Under the pieces are notes generated by a model that saw nothing but the letters and a program-made list of their open reading frames with translations, had not been told where the DNA came from and searched no databases. A DNA stretch of 64,000 nt from Clostridia bacterium (lineage in GTDB: Bacteria; Bacillota; Clostridia; Oscillospirales; CAG-272): positions 5,960 through 69,959 of the forward strand of contig JAFUQP010000016.1 in assembly GCA_017472305.1 (NCBI GenBank). Direction: 5' to 3'. The translations under genes were made by a program, and so were the position numbers. Below are positions 1 through 9,700 of this stretch, piece after piece; within the stretch, counting starts at the first letter, position 1, and each line of letters starts with the position of its first letter.

Positions 1-215
1 TCGGCTATCGCCGCCTCAACATCACACTTAAGCGTGTTGATAAGCTGACCCGCAGCCTTCTTGTCCTCAACGTCGCGAAGGCCCTTCATAAGCTCGGCAA
101 CGTGACCCTTCTTGCCAAGATACTCAACGCGCAAAGCCTCGAGAGCCGCATCGTCTGTAGCCGCACTAAGAGCCAGAGAGAAGCCCGACCTTAATTCTTC
201 TATTCTTTCCTTCAT
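1..215 (-). CDS. pheS: Phenylalanyl-tRNA synthetase alpha subunit, N-terminal part (runs off window start)
   Basis: Manual translation from ATG at 215: MKERIEELRSGFSLALSAATDDAALEALRVEYLGKKGHVAELMKGLRDVEDKKAAGQLIN. The LxxLRVxYLGKKG motif is typical of the PheS N-terminal coiled coil. Not in the ORF track. Confidence 0.9.
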   Translation of the reverse strand, partial: MKERIEELRSGFSLALSAATDDAALEALRVEYLGKKGHVAELMKGLRDVEDKKAAGQLINTLKCDVEAAIA

Positions 216-265
216 TGGTTTTCTACTTCCTTCTCGGTAAAACCGCAAAATATTTACAATTAATA

Positions 266-294
266 ATTATATTATAAATATATTCATTTGTCAA
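266..294 (-). promoter_or_regulatory. SigA promoter of pheS
   Basis: Minus strand reads TTGACA-aatgaatatatttataa (17 nt)-TATAAT, a perfect consensus. Confidence 0.8.
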
Positions 295-501
295 TAGCAA
301 CCACCAAAAAAACCGCCGTAAAACAGCCTTAAAAGGAAGCCTCGAAGCTTTGGGCGAAGCCATTGAGCCTTGAAAAAAGAAAACCTTAACATTTCGTGGT
401 TTTTGATTTATTATTTAGGTTTACATTGATTTTTCGATATGCTAGAATTAAATTAGAAACGCAGTTCGCCGTTCAGCATTCGGTGAAACTCGGAGGTGCT
501 T

Positions 502-2568
502 ATGAAAGACTTATTCGAATATGGATTTATAAACGCACGGGATTACGGAGCCTGTGGCTCGGAGTTTTCCTGTCGGGCAAGCGCTACGGAGGGCAGCAGC
601 CTCTTTACCGTCGAGGAGGTCGGCGACTTGAAGGTCGGTGACGAGGTGCTCGTGCGCGGTGCGAATGCCCACACCGAGGCGGCGGTGATGTTTGAAAGGA
701 AGGATTCATCACCGAAGAATCCGCGCAGGTGGCGACACAACAGACCGATTGACCGAGAGCTTGAGCTTATCGGATACACCGGCTCTCACGGCGGCAGAGC
801 CGTGTATTTCTTCGACTTCTATCCGGAGAGTCCCGACGTCTTTCGTTGGTCCTGCGACTATGGCTTAAGCTGGCATTCTCTCTCCTATGAAGAGGGAGTA
901 TTCATAGATATAGAGGACGGAGTAAAGCTGAAAATAAACTCCCTGCCCGAGCGGCTCTTCGGCTGCACGGCGGTGTTCGTCTGCTCCGACCGAATGAGCG
1001 CTATAATTGAGAGAGCCGAAGGTAATAAAATCCAACTGTCAAGCTCCGCGGCGAGGTCGGGAGATTGCGTGATTTCGCACTCCGACACGCTCGCGCTTCA
1101 AAGAGCAATTGATGCAGCAATCGAGGCGAAAAAAGGCGTTTTTCTGCCCAAAGGTAAATATAAGCTTACAAAATCGCTCAAAATCAGCAACGCAACGAGC
1201 TTCACTCTACTTGGAGAATCGGCAGAAGAAACAATTCTTGACAACAGTCTTGGTATGGTCGGTGTGGAGAGACCGGAGGGCTCGTGCCTCATAATAGACG
1301 AGGGGCGCGAGGTGAACGTGAAAAACCTCACTATGATTGGCTCGGGAGGCTTCGACAGTCGCGAGATGTACGGCTGCATAAAAACACGAGGCGGAAGCAG
1401 CGTATGGGGCTTCTACTTCAACAAGTCCAACGCCACCTGTGTACACAACACCGAAAGGGTTTATATAGAAAACTGTCACGCAAGAAAAATGTCAGCCGAA
1501 TGCTTCTATGCACGCGGCGACTCACGCAAGGGCGCAGCCGTCCCGAATAGCTATACGCGTTCTCTGATATATTCGCGTTGCAGCGTTACCGACTGCGCGC
1601 GGAACGCCTTTAACAACAACGACCAGGCAGAGGGAACGGCTATTCTCAATTGCAGAGTAGAGAACGTCGGCGGCTGCGCCTGGGAGGGTGCCTCGCGCTT
1701 CGTTAAAATACAGGGAAATTATTTCAGAAACTGCGGCAGCATAGCTCTCGGAAACGTTCGCAGAAGAGCAGAGGACCTGGAGGTGCTCGGCACAGGGCAG
1801 CATATTATCTGTGACAACTACTTTGAGGAGGGCTGCTCCTACAGCAATACTATGATTATGGTTGGCTCTACCGCAACGCAGGTGATAATAAAGAACAACG
1901 TGTTCGTCAACTTCAACTACTCCGCAATCTCGGTATTCGGCGAGGGCAACACCTGCGACAAGCCGCCCGAGAACGTGATAATCTCCTCAAACTCCATAGA
2001 CCTTACAGCGGCACTCGGCGAGAGCCGCCGACGCACGGCAATAAGGCTCACCGCCCCCTTTGTTACAGTGAGCGACAACCATATATACGTACGCGGCAAG
2101 GACCCCCTTGTCACGGGAATATCTCTCAGCGACGACCTCACGCGCACTCTTATCCACTCAAACACCCTCGCAGGGCTCGGTATAGGAATTGAGAGCCTGC
2201 CCGTAGTCGGAAGCGTTGGAATCACCGACGGTCAACGCGTCTTTTACCGCGCCGAGCGTCCTTACGGCGAATACTCCACGCCCGCGCTTCTTCGTATACG
2301 CTCGCACAGATACAGAGGCTGGAGGCTTCGTTGGGAGAATGGCGAGGAATCGGTAATTTCCGACTTTGACCCGATAAGCCTGGCATTCACACTGAGTGAG
2401 GAGCGCAAAATGAAAGAAGGAGATGCCTTTACTCTCATTCAGCCGGGCGACCGACGCTCAACGCTTATCCGAGGCAACGTAATTGACGGCTGCGACAAGC
2501 CTCTTCTGCTCGACAGCTTTATAAAAGAGGGCTCTGTAATTGAGGATAACCTTATTACAAACGAATAA
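502..2568 (+). CDS. Right-handed parallel beta-helix (pectin-lyase-fold) protein, no signal peptide
   Basis: INARDYGACG and DTLALQRAIDAA..GVFLPKGKY match the pectate_lyase_3-type N-terminus. Asn/Ile-rich beta-helix repeats follow (IQGNYFRN, IICDNYFE, IIKNNVFVN, VSDNHI). GGAGG lies before the ATG at 502. Confidence 0.75.
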   Translation: MKDLFEYGFINARDYGACGSEFSCRASATEGSSLFTVEEVGDLKVGDEVLVRGANAHTEAAVMFERKDSSPKNPRRWRHNRPIDRELELIGYTGSHGGRAVYFFDFYPESPDVFRWSCDYGLSWHSLSYEEGVFIDIEDGVKLKINSLPERLFGCTAVFVCSDRMSAIIERAEGNKIQLSSSAARSGDCVISHSDTLALQRAIDAAIEAKKGVFLPKGKYKLTKSLKISNATSFTLLGESAEETILDNSLGMVGVERPEGSCLIIDEGREVNVKNLTMIGSGGFDSREMYGCIKTRGGSSVWGFYFNKSNATCVHNTERVYIENCHARKMSAECFYARGDSRKGAAVPNSYTRSLIYSRCSVTDCARNAFNNNDQAEGTAILNCRVENVGGCAWEGASRFVKIQGNYFRNCGSIALGNVRRRAEDLEVLGTGQHIICDNYFEEGCSYSNTMIMVGSTATQVIIKNNVFVNFNYSAISVFGEGNTCDKPPENVIISSNSIDLTAALGESRRRTAIRLTAPFVTVSDNHIYVRGKDPLVTGISLSDDLTRTLIHSNTLAGLGIGIESLPVVGSVGITDGQRVFYRAERPYGEYSTPALLRIRSHRYRGWRLRWENGEESVISDFDPISLAFTLSEERKMKEGDAFTLIQPGDRRSTLIRGNVIDGCDKPLLLDSFIKEGSVIEDNLITNE

Positions 2569-2592
2569 TTCACCTAACAAAGAGGCAATAAA

Positions 2593-3537
2593 ATGTTTAT
2601 TTATATACTGTTTCTAGGATACACACTCTCAAAAACGTTATCCGATATAATGAGAAAGGCGAACAGCAAAACCTTCTCGTTAAGCGGTCTTACAGGCTCG
2701 CTCTTCTATATTTTCGAAACAAGTCTGTTCGCGCTTTTCTTCTTCTGGGCGCTCAACGGATTTACCCTTTCCTTCAATCCAAGGGTAATAATGTACGGTT
2801 TTGTTTACGGAATTATAGTAGTTGTGAGCCTTGTTCCGACGATATTTATGTATAACTACGCAAGCTTTGCATACATAACCTTCCTGTCGGGAAGCCTCTC
2901 GCTCGTCTTCTCGCTTCTTGCGGGAATGACGGTTTTCGGCGAGGAGCTGACGGTTGAGAAGGTCGTGAGAATTCTGCTTATGCTCGTAGCTACCCTCATA
3001 ATCTTTCTCGGAAGGAATGCCGAGGGCAAGAAGAAGGAAGGCGCCGACGGCGACCGTCCCGAGAAAAAGAGGCACAGCCCGAAGCTCTATATATGTATCT
3101 TCGTAAGCGTGCTTCTCGGCTGCGCCTCGACTGTCCTTCTGAAGTTTTACTCCCAAGACGCCGGGGTGACCGACCAGAATTCGATGTTCTTCGCGACCAA
3201 CATATTCAGCGCGCTTCTGACGTTGCCTATACTCCCCTTCACAATGAAGCGCGACGGAGTTAGCTTATCGGATATCGGAAAAATGCTCAAAAGCAAAAAA
3301 ACCGTCTATTCGGCAATCACAACCGCAAACTCAAACGTCGCATCCATAATACAGATAACGCTGCTCTCCATGATGGAGGTATCGGTATTCAATCCGATAG
3401 CCGGCGCGCTTTCTTTCGTAGCAATGGCAATAGCCGTTCCGATTATGGGCGAGCGGCTGAACAGGTATACAGTACTATCAACCGCTACAGCCATTTTGTC
3501 GGTTGTCATTCCCGCGTTAATCGCCTCTGTTATATAA
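2593..3537 (+). CDS. EamA/DMT-family membrane transporter
   Basis: About 10 hydrophobic helices in two repeats, with 'VFGEELT' and 'IMGERLN' DMT-type motifs. Confidence 0.75.
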   Translation: MFIYILFLGYTLSKTLSDIMRKANSKTFSLSGLTGSLFYIFETSLFALFFFWALNGFTLSFNPRVIMYGFVYGIIVVVSLVPTIFMYNYASFAYITFLSGSLSLVFSLLAGMTVFGEELTVEKVVRILLMLVATLIIFLGRNAEGKKKEGADGDRPEKKRHSPKLYICIFVSVLLGCASTVLLKFYSQDAGVTDQNSMFFATNIFSALLTLPILPFTMKRDGVSLSDIGKMLKSKKTVYSAITTANSNVASIIQITLLSMMEVSVFNPIAGALSFVAMAIAVPIMGERLNRYTVLSTATAILSVVIPALIASVI

Positions 3538-3570
3538 AAAACCTCGGGATAGCTTCCCGAGGAATTTTTT
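3536..3570. terminator. Bidirectional intrinsic terminator
   Basis: AAAAA-CCTCGGGA-tagct-TCCCGAGG-aaTTTTTT between convergent genes. Confidence 0.75.
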
Positions 3571-3572
3571 CG

Positions 3573-4397
3573 TCAAAGGGTTGTACCCGACGAGCTTATG
3601 TGCTTGATATGCGCCTTCGGTGTAACGCCCATCTGCGCCTTGAATACCGAGGAGAAATAATCCACGTTATTGAAGCCGCAAAGCGGCGCAAGGTTCTTCA
3701 AGGAGCGTATTCCCTGCTCCATAAGAAAGCAGGCGTGGCGGATACGGAGAATGTTTATATATTTGACAATGCTCAGACCGTATTCCTCGTTGAATACCGA
3801 GGAAATGTAATTCGGGTGATATGAGAGCTTGTCGGAAAGGTAGTTCAGTGTCAGCTCGCAGTTGGTGAAGTTGTCGTCAACGAAGCTCTTAATTCTCTGC
3901 GGTGCGCTTATTCCCTCTTTAAACGAGAAGTCCTCCGACATTCTCTTAAGAATTTCCGTGAAGGTGTAATAAATAACCCCCTTCGCTCTTGTAAAGGCAA
4001 GCGAGCCGGGAATGCTTATAAGCGACTCCCACAGTCCGCGAAGCTCGTCAAAGCCCGAATAAAGCTTTGCCACCCTGGCAATTCCCACCTGTCGGGCAAG
4101 AATTCTCGCCTCGGAGCCGTTATAGTTTATGCAGATATATCTCAGAGCGCGCGTGCTCTCAATGCTGTAAGCCGATGCAGGCGGAACGGCGATAATGTCA
4201 CCTCGCCTTACGGGCAGCTCCTCAGACGCCGCATAGACCATACCCTCGCCCTCGGTTATAAAATGAAGCCTGTAGCTTGGAGAGCTGTGCGCCGACTCGT
4301 CGCGGGAGCAGTCGCTTTCATACAAAATATTAGTCACACCGAGCGCATCCATACCGTTGCTGTAGGAAATCGCGGCGACGCCTGTATCACTGTGCAT
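3573..4397 (-). CDS. AraC-family transcriptional regulator (cupin + HTH)
   Basis: LHFITEGEG cupin; C-terminal YHPNYISSVF...YINILRIRHA...CGFNNVDYFSSVFKAQMGVTP. Start moved to 4397, which follows a GAAGGAGG RBS and lies downstream of the promoter. Confidence 0.9.
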   Translation of the reverse strand: MHSDTGVAAISYSNGMDALGVTNILYESDCSRDESAHSSPSYRLHFITEGEGMVYAASEELPVRRGDIIAVPPASAYSIESTRALRYICINYNGSEARILARQVGIARVAKLYSGFDELRGLWESLISIPGSLAFTRAKGVIYYTFTEILKRMSEDFSFKEGISAPQRIKSFVDDNFTNCELTLNYLSDKLSYHPNYISSVFNEEYGLSIVKYINILRIRHACFLMEQGIRSLKNLAPLCGFNNVDYFSSVFKAQMGVTPKAHIKHISSSGTTL

Positions 4398-4458
4398 AAT
4401 ACGCCCTCCTTCGGTGTAATTTTTCTCGGGAAAATCCTGTTTTTCCCTCTCATAAACC

Positions 4459-4487
4459 ATTATAGTTTGAATTGAAAGCATTGTCAA
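4459..4487 (-). promoter_or_regulatory. SigA promoter of the AraC gene
   Basis: Minus strand reads TTGACA-atgctttcaattcaaac (17 nt)-TATAAT. Confidence 0.75.
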
Positions 4488-4591
4488 TAGCAATCTTTAA
4501 AATTTACGGATTCGCGTTTGAATTTTTTTGAATTCCGAGTGCCGAAAAGACACCACCTTAAGATATTCCGTTTTTACATTTATTATTTCGG

Positions 4592-4620
4592 TTGACTTTT
4601 ATTTTTAAGTAGTGTATAGT
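4592..4620 (+). promoter_or_regulatory. SigA-like promoter for the peptide/secreted-protein operon, divergent from AraC
   Basis: TTGACT-17 nt-TATAGT. Confidence 0.6.
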
Positions 4621-4796
4621 TATATTAGAATAGACAATTTCTAACTATTCTTACTGTTTTATCTTGGTAAATATAGATATAAATGTATATTTTTTTCGAT
4701 AAAACAGACGCGCACATTTCACCTTAAGATTTTTGGATAAATCGAGAAAAAACACATTTTCAAAAGTGCATGACCTGCACAGAAAGGAGATTTGCA

Positions 4797-4946
4797 ATGG
4801 CAACCGATAAAAATCGAAGGGACAGAGATATTTACGAGCCTGCAAGAATAAGCATATCGCTGATTGAATGCCCCGATATTATCACCGCCTCTCCCACCGC
4901 AAGCGACAACGTAAGCTCAAACGGTTGGACAAGCGGAGATTGGTAA
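4797..4946 (+). CDS. Unannotated 49-aa peptide with a leader-like YE...I...DIITAS motif and a C-terminal NGWT motif
   Basis: Strong RBS AGAAAGGAGA 6 nt before the ATG. Translation: MATDKNRRDRDIYEPARISISLIECPDIITASPTASDNVSSNGWTSGDW*. Too short to appear in the ORF track. Confidence 0.8.
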   Translation: MATDKNRRDRDIYEPARISISLIECPDIITASPTASDNVSSNGWTSGDW

Positions 4947-4996
4947 GGCCAAAAAAACACAAAAAACACTCTGAAAGCAAGAAAGGAAATCAAAAA

Positions 4997-6439
4997 ATGA
5001 AAAACAACAAGCTTATAAAAATCATATCTCTCGCGCTCTCGCTCGTGCTTATAGTAAGCTCGGCAACGGCACTTTTCACCTCAGCAGAGGCTGACACCGA
5101 GGTAACCCCCGAGGTCATTTCAAAGAACGCATCCTTCGATGACAACATTCATCTCTATTTCGCAGTAGCGGCAGAAGGTATAGAGAAGGAAAACATCTCA
5201 CTTAAGGTATACTCCGATGCAGAGGGCACAGTAGAGCTCCAGACCCCTCGCGCACCCGAGGCTGAAACCGAGAACGTTCACGGCACCGAGTGCTACATCT
5301 TCAGAACCCTCGGAATTGCTCCGAAGAACGCAGACAGCAAGATTTACGTTCAGGCTGTCAATACAGTCGGCGGCACCGAATACAAGGGTGATATCGTTGA
5401 GTACAGCGTTCTCGACTATCTCTACGAGATGCTCTATAAGGACGGCTTCATAGAGGCAAAGTCGGGCATCGCCCTCACCCAGAAGAACCTCTATCTCTCC
5501 ACTCTTGAATACTGTGCATACGCGCAGGACTTCTTTATTAATTATAAGGATAACGACTCGACAAACGACGTTCCCCTCTTCACAGACTACGCATACGTAG
5601 CAGTTAAGGACGGTACCGTTGACGGCAAGAAGCAGGCAACCTACTTAAAGAGCGCCTCCACTGAGGTTACCCTCGCTACCGATGCGGCAACCGCGGGTAT
5701 GATTTGGGAGGTTACCGAGTACGAGGAGAACGGACTCGCAAAGATATCCGAGGTCGAGCTCGACCCGTCGGGCGAAACCAAAATCAACATCACCACAGAC
5801 ACAGTGGTTAAGCTCGTATCCAATATAAAAGGCACTCTCCGCTTCAACACGGCAGACTCTCTGAACGACACCTCAAAAATTGCTATGAAGGCAGGCACAA
5901 CCTGGGAAAACGGCAGAATCAAGATAACAGCAGACGGCACAAGCACCGTTACGGAGCGATTCAGAGTTTATCCCACAGGCACGAACACCGGCAAGTCGGT
6001 TGCGGTATTCGAGGCAGACGTATCTATCGATTACTCCTCGGCTAACGCAAGCCAGCCTAACGGCAATATTTACCTCTCTCCTCTCTCAGTTACCACCTCC
6101 GGCAGCACCGCGGTTGGAGCCAAGATAATTCTCCAGCTGCAAAGCTCAAAAAAGCAGGCTAACGTATATCTTGGTGGCGTAACCAATTCGGGCTCTTCTC
6201 TGGTAGGCGAGCAGCTTGATTTCAAGCTTCGCTATACATACGAATACTCCTCGGAAAGCTCAAACGCTGTATGTACTCTTGAGATTCTCGACCTCGACGG
6301 TAATACGCTTCAGTCGGTAACCACCACCTCGACAAACAATATAAAGAGCCCCGACGATTGTCTTACCTTCGAGATGCTCGCTAACAGCAATCTTGCAGGT
6401 ACGCTGTATATCGACAACGTAGCCTTCTATCAGAGATAA
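4997..6439 (+). CDS. Secreted protein: signal peptide, conserved N-terminal domain (ISKNASFDDNIHLYFAV), C-terminal ConA/LamG-like beta-sandwich
   Basis: True start MKNNKLIKIISLALSLVLIVSSATALFTSAEA follows an AAAGGA RBS; the track's basic N-terminal extension overlaps the peptide gene. C-terminal AVFEADVSID...GTLYIDNVAF. Confidence 0.75.
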   Translation: MKNNKLIKIISLALSLVLIVSSATALFTSAEADTEVTPEVISKNASFDDNIHLYFAVAAEGIEKENISLKVYSDAEGTVELQTPRAPEAETENVHGTECYIFRTLGIAPKNADSKIYVQAVNTVGGTEYKGDIVEYSVLDYLYEMLYKDGFIEAKSGIALTQKNLYLSTLEYCAYAQDFFINYKDNDSTNDVPLFTDYAYVAVKDGTVDGKKQATYLKSASTEVTLATDAATAGMIWEVTEYEENGLAKISEVELDPSGETKINITTDTVVKLVSNIKGTLRFNTADSLNDTSKIAMKAGTTWENGRIKITADGTSTVTERFRVYPTGTNTGKSVAVFEADVSIDYSSANASQPNGNIYLSPLSVTTSGSTAVGAKIILQLQSSKKQANVYLGGVTNSGSSLVGEQLDFKLRYTYEYSSESSNAVCTLEILDLDGNTLQSVTTTSTNNIKSPDDCLTFEMLANSNLAGTLYIDNVAFYQR

Positions 6440-6566
6440 CCGTCTGAAAAGACACACCGCAAGCTCTGAATATTCAGGCTTTAAGGTTTTATTACCCGGC
6501 TTTACCCACAGGCAGAGCAACTACGGGCTTTGGCTCAAGGGTAAAGACGCGACCAACCAACCAACT

Positions 6567-6615
6567 TAGCGACCGCCCCGCGGCATTGCTGCGGGGCGTG
6601 GGTTGCTATACTTTT
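6567..6615 (+). terminator. GC-rich stem-loop (terminator or attenuator) between the secreted protein and the lipoprotein
   Basis: TAGCGACC-GCCCCGCGGCA...TGCTGCGGGGC-..GGTTGCTA followed by a short T-run. Confidence 0.5.
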
Positions 6616-6719
6616 GCGAAAACAGCTTCTCTTACACGGTCTGAAAAGAAGCGGCAGCTCCCCCGAGAGCGGCAAGCCCCTATATTACCGAGGCTCTGTT
6701 TTCGCCTAAAGGAGATTTT

Positions 6720-9700
6720 ATGAAAAAGCTTTTACTCACACTAATACTGCTCTTATCGCTCTGTCTTCTGTTCTCCTGCAAAATCGGAGGCTCAGACGAC
6801 GGCTCGGGCTCCGGCCAACAGTCGGGCGATTCCTCGGGCGGAAGCTCCTCCGGCGGCGACTCCGCAGACGGCTCCGCGGACAGTGCTGAAAAGGGGTCGG
6901 TATATCTTATAGCAGGAAACGGAGCTACCGCAGAGGCATTATCAGCGCTCTCGGCAGGGCTTACCTCGCTCGGCTACACGCCGACAACGCAAAGCGGCTC
7001 TGTCCCCGAGGGCAGCCTTACGGTTATACTCGGTGACCTTGACAGCGAAGAAGCCTCAAGGATTGCAAGGAGGCGACTCGAAAGAATTGAAAAAGAAGAG
7101 CATTTCGACGCGCGCTACTTGGTTTATTCGAACGGGGACGGACGCGTTGCAATATCCTTTGACACATACACCGAGCCCTCTGTTGCCGTCAGTGCCGCAG
7201 GCGGTGCTGCCGATGCCTTCCTCTCAAAGGCGACCGCCGCGTTTTCGGGCGCTGTCGGAACGCTTACCTCAGGCGAGATTGACCTCGTTGCCCTGCAAAA
7301 CGAAATAGACAACGCCTCGCTCGAGGAGCAATGGCAGACTGTGTTTGAGGAGGCGGGAGGCGATGAGAGAGCAAGAATTCTCACCGACTCGCTCCGCGAG
7401 TTCTACTCAATATACGGTGACAATCTTATAATCTGGCTTGCCGACCTGTACGACCCCGAGTCGGGCGGCTTCTACTACTCCAACTCCGCAAGAGATACCG
7501 ACGGCTACCTTCCCGATATCGAATCGACAGCCCAGGTGCTTGACAATCTGCGCGAGAACGGAATGTTTGATTACGTAGACAACAATTTAATGCGTGCTCT
7601 GCCCGAGTGGTTCAGAAGCGGCATAATTAAATTCATAAAGAGCAAACAAAGCCCCAACGGCTACTTCTACCACCCCCAGTGGTCAGAGGAGCTCACAAAC
7701 ACTATGCTCTCGAGAAGAGGACGCGACCTCACGAAGGGTGTTAGCGCCCTTAAGACTCTCGGAGCTAAACCGACCTACGACACGCCTCTTGGCGACAAGG
7801 GCGACGGACTCGATGCAAACGGAAACCCCATAGCCGATGCGCTCCCGGCATCTAAATCAATAACCGGCAGACTCGGCGCGGGAAAAGCCTCTGCCGCATC
7901 CAAGGTTATCGCGGTATCGGGCGTGCTGGTTCCCTCTCACCTCGTAAGCGACGTAACCTTCAAGGAATGGTTGTCAAAGCTCGACCTGAACGATGATTCC
8001 TATACTATAGGAAACAACATATCCTCACAGACTCCCGAGATAATAGGCAGAGATAAGGTTCTGAGGGCAGAAGGCAAGCCCTATCTTCTCTCGCAGATAC
8101 TGATAGATTGGCTTAACGAGCACTGCTACGCTACGACAGGGCACTGGAACAGCGTAGCCGACTATGAGGGCACGAACGGATTTCTGAAGATTTCGGGTTG
8201 CTATAACGAAATTGCAAAGTCCGGCCTCGGCGTAGATGCCTCTCTACCCTACCCCGAGAAGGCTCTCGAATCCTCTGTAGCGGCACTCATCACAGAGGAA
8301 TACGCTCTAACCGTATGCTATACCTATAACGTTTGGTACAACATATGCAACATATTCGATAACGTTACCTACTCAGACCCCGAGGCGGGCAAGGCGCTGG
8401 CAAAGGAAACCCGCGCAATGCTTCTCGATTACGTCACCGAGGACGTGCTATACAACGGGCTTATGCTCAACGCCATTACCATATCGAAGCTTAAGACGAT
8501 GGAGTTCTTGAAAAACGACTCGAGCTTCTCCTTCTCCCCGGGGCACTCAGCCGCAACCTCACAGGGAATGCAGGTTGCAGTACCCAACACCAACGAGGGC
8601 GATATCAACGGAACAAACCTCTGCTCAACCGGTATAGTTTCAAGAATGTTCGTAGCCCTCGGACTTCCTCACCCGCAGCTATTCACAAGAGCCGATGCTA
8701 TGTGCTTCCTTCGTAAGCTCGAGGAGCTGGGGCCGGTTATCAAAGACGAGGAAATCGTATACAACACGGGAAACCTCTCCTTTGACGATATGAACGTCGG
8801 CGACGAGCTTCAGCAGATTACCAACAACACCCCGGGAGAGAGCGAGCTTTCTGTTTCGCTCGACCCCGAGAACGCCCAAAATCTGGTTCTCCGCTACTCC
8901 AAGCGCACAAGTGCTGTCAACAAAGAGCGCGGTCAGATAGATTTCCAGACCACCGAGAGAAAGAATAATTACAACGCATTCGTTCTTTCGACCGATATGT
9001 ATATCGACTACCTCGACGGCGAGAACTTCCTCTCGTCCTATATGTACGGATATCTCGGAACGAAGGGCGAGCAGTTCGGCTACGAGTATATATTCTCGCC
9101 AAACAGACAGGCAGAGCTTCGCTTTGCCGACACCTCTCACGCATCGTACGGCAACAAATCCTCTACGTACGAGCTCGGTATTCCCGAGGAGAGCTGGTTC
9201 AACTTCAAAATAGAATACTATATCGGCGACGCTGATAGCGTAAGAATAAAAATTTATATTGACAACAAGCTATTCTACGTAAGCAATAATTTCTACGGTC
9301 CCAAAACGACCGATAAAATCGAAACGAATTACGAGCCGCTTTCTTCTCTGACGACGTTCCGTTTTTGCGTTGACAAGGCATTTCAGGGCGAAGTCTATTT
9401 TGACAATTTCAATCTCTATCAGGCAAATCTCATCTGTCAGGACCACCTCGTGGGAACGCAGGAGTCTATGCCCGACAGAGTGCCAGACTCGGCTCTTGAT
9501 TTTGAGAGCTTTGACGTAGGAGATAGCCCCGACACCGTTCACGTATCGTCAAAGCCCGGCACCGACTACTTCTCCGCCACGGTAACCGACAACCCGACAG
9601 GTAACGGCGGCAAGGTGCTGAAGAACTCAAAATACAACGAAAAGGCAGACGGAAGCGACCCCGTCAGCAGCTATGCCGGAACGCTGAAATTCGTTCCCCA

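Noticed and set aside
4797-4946. Lasso peptide precursor
   Set aside because: The leader is reminiscent, but the putative core (SPTASDNV...) has no Asp/Glu at positions 7-9, and no lasso cyclase, peptidase or RRE gene is in the window.
4868-4996. Highly basic N-terminal extension of the 523-aa ORF
   Set aside because: It overlaps the 49-aa peptide in another frame. The RBS and signal peptide point to the ATG at 4997.
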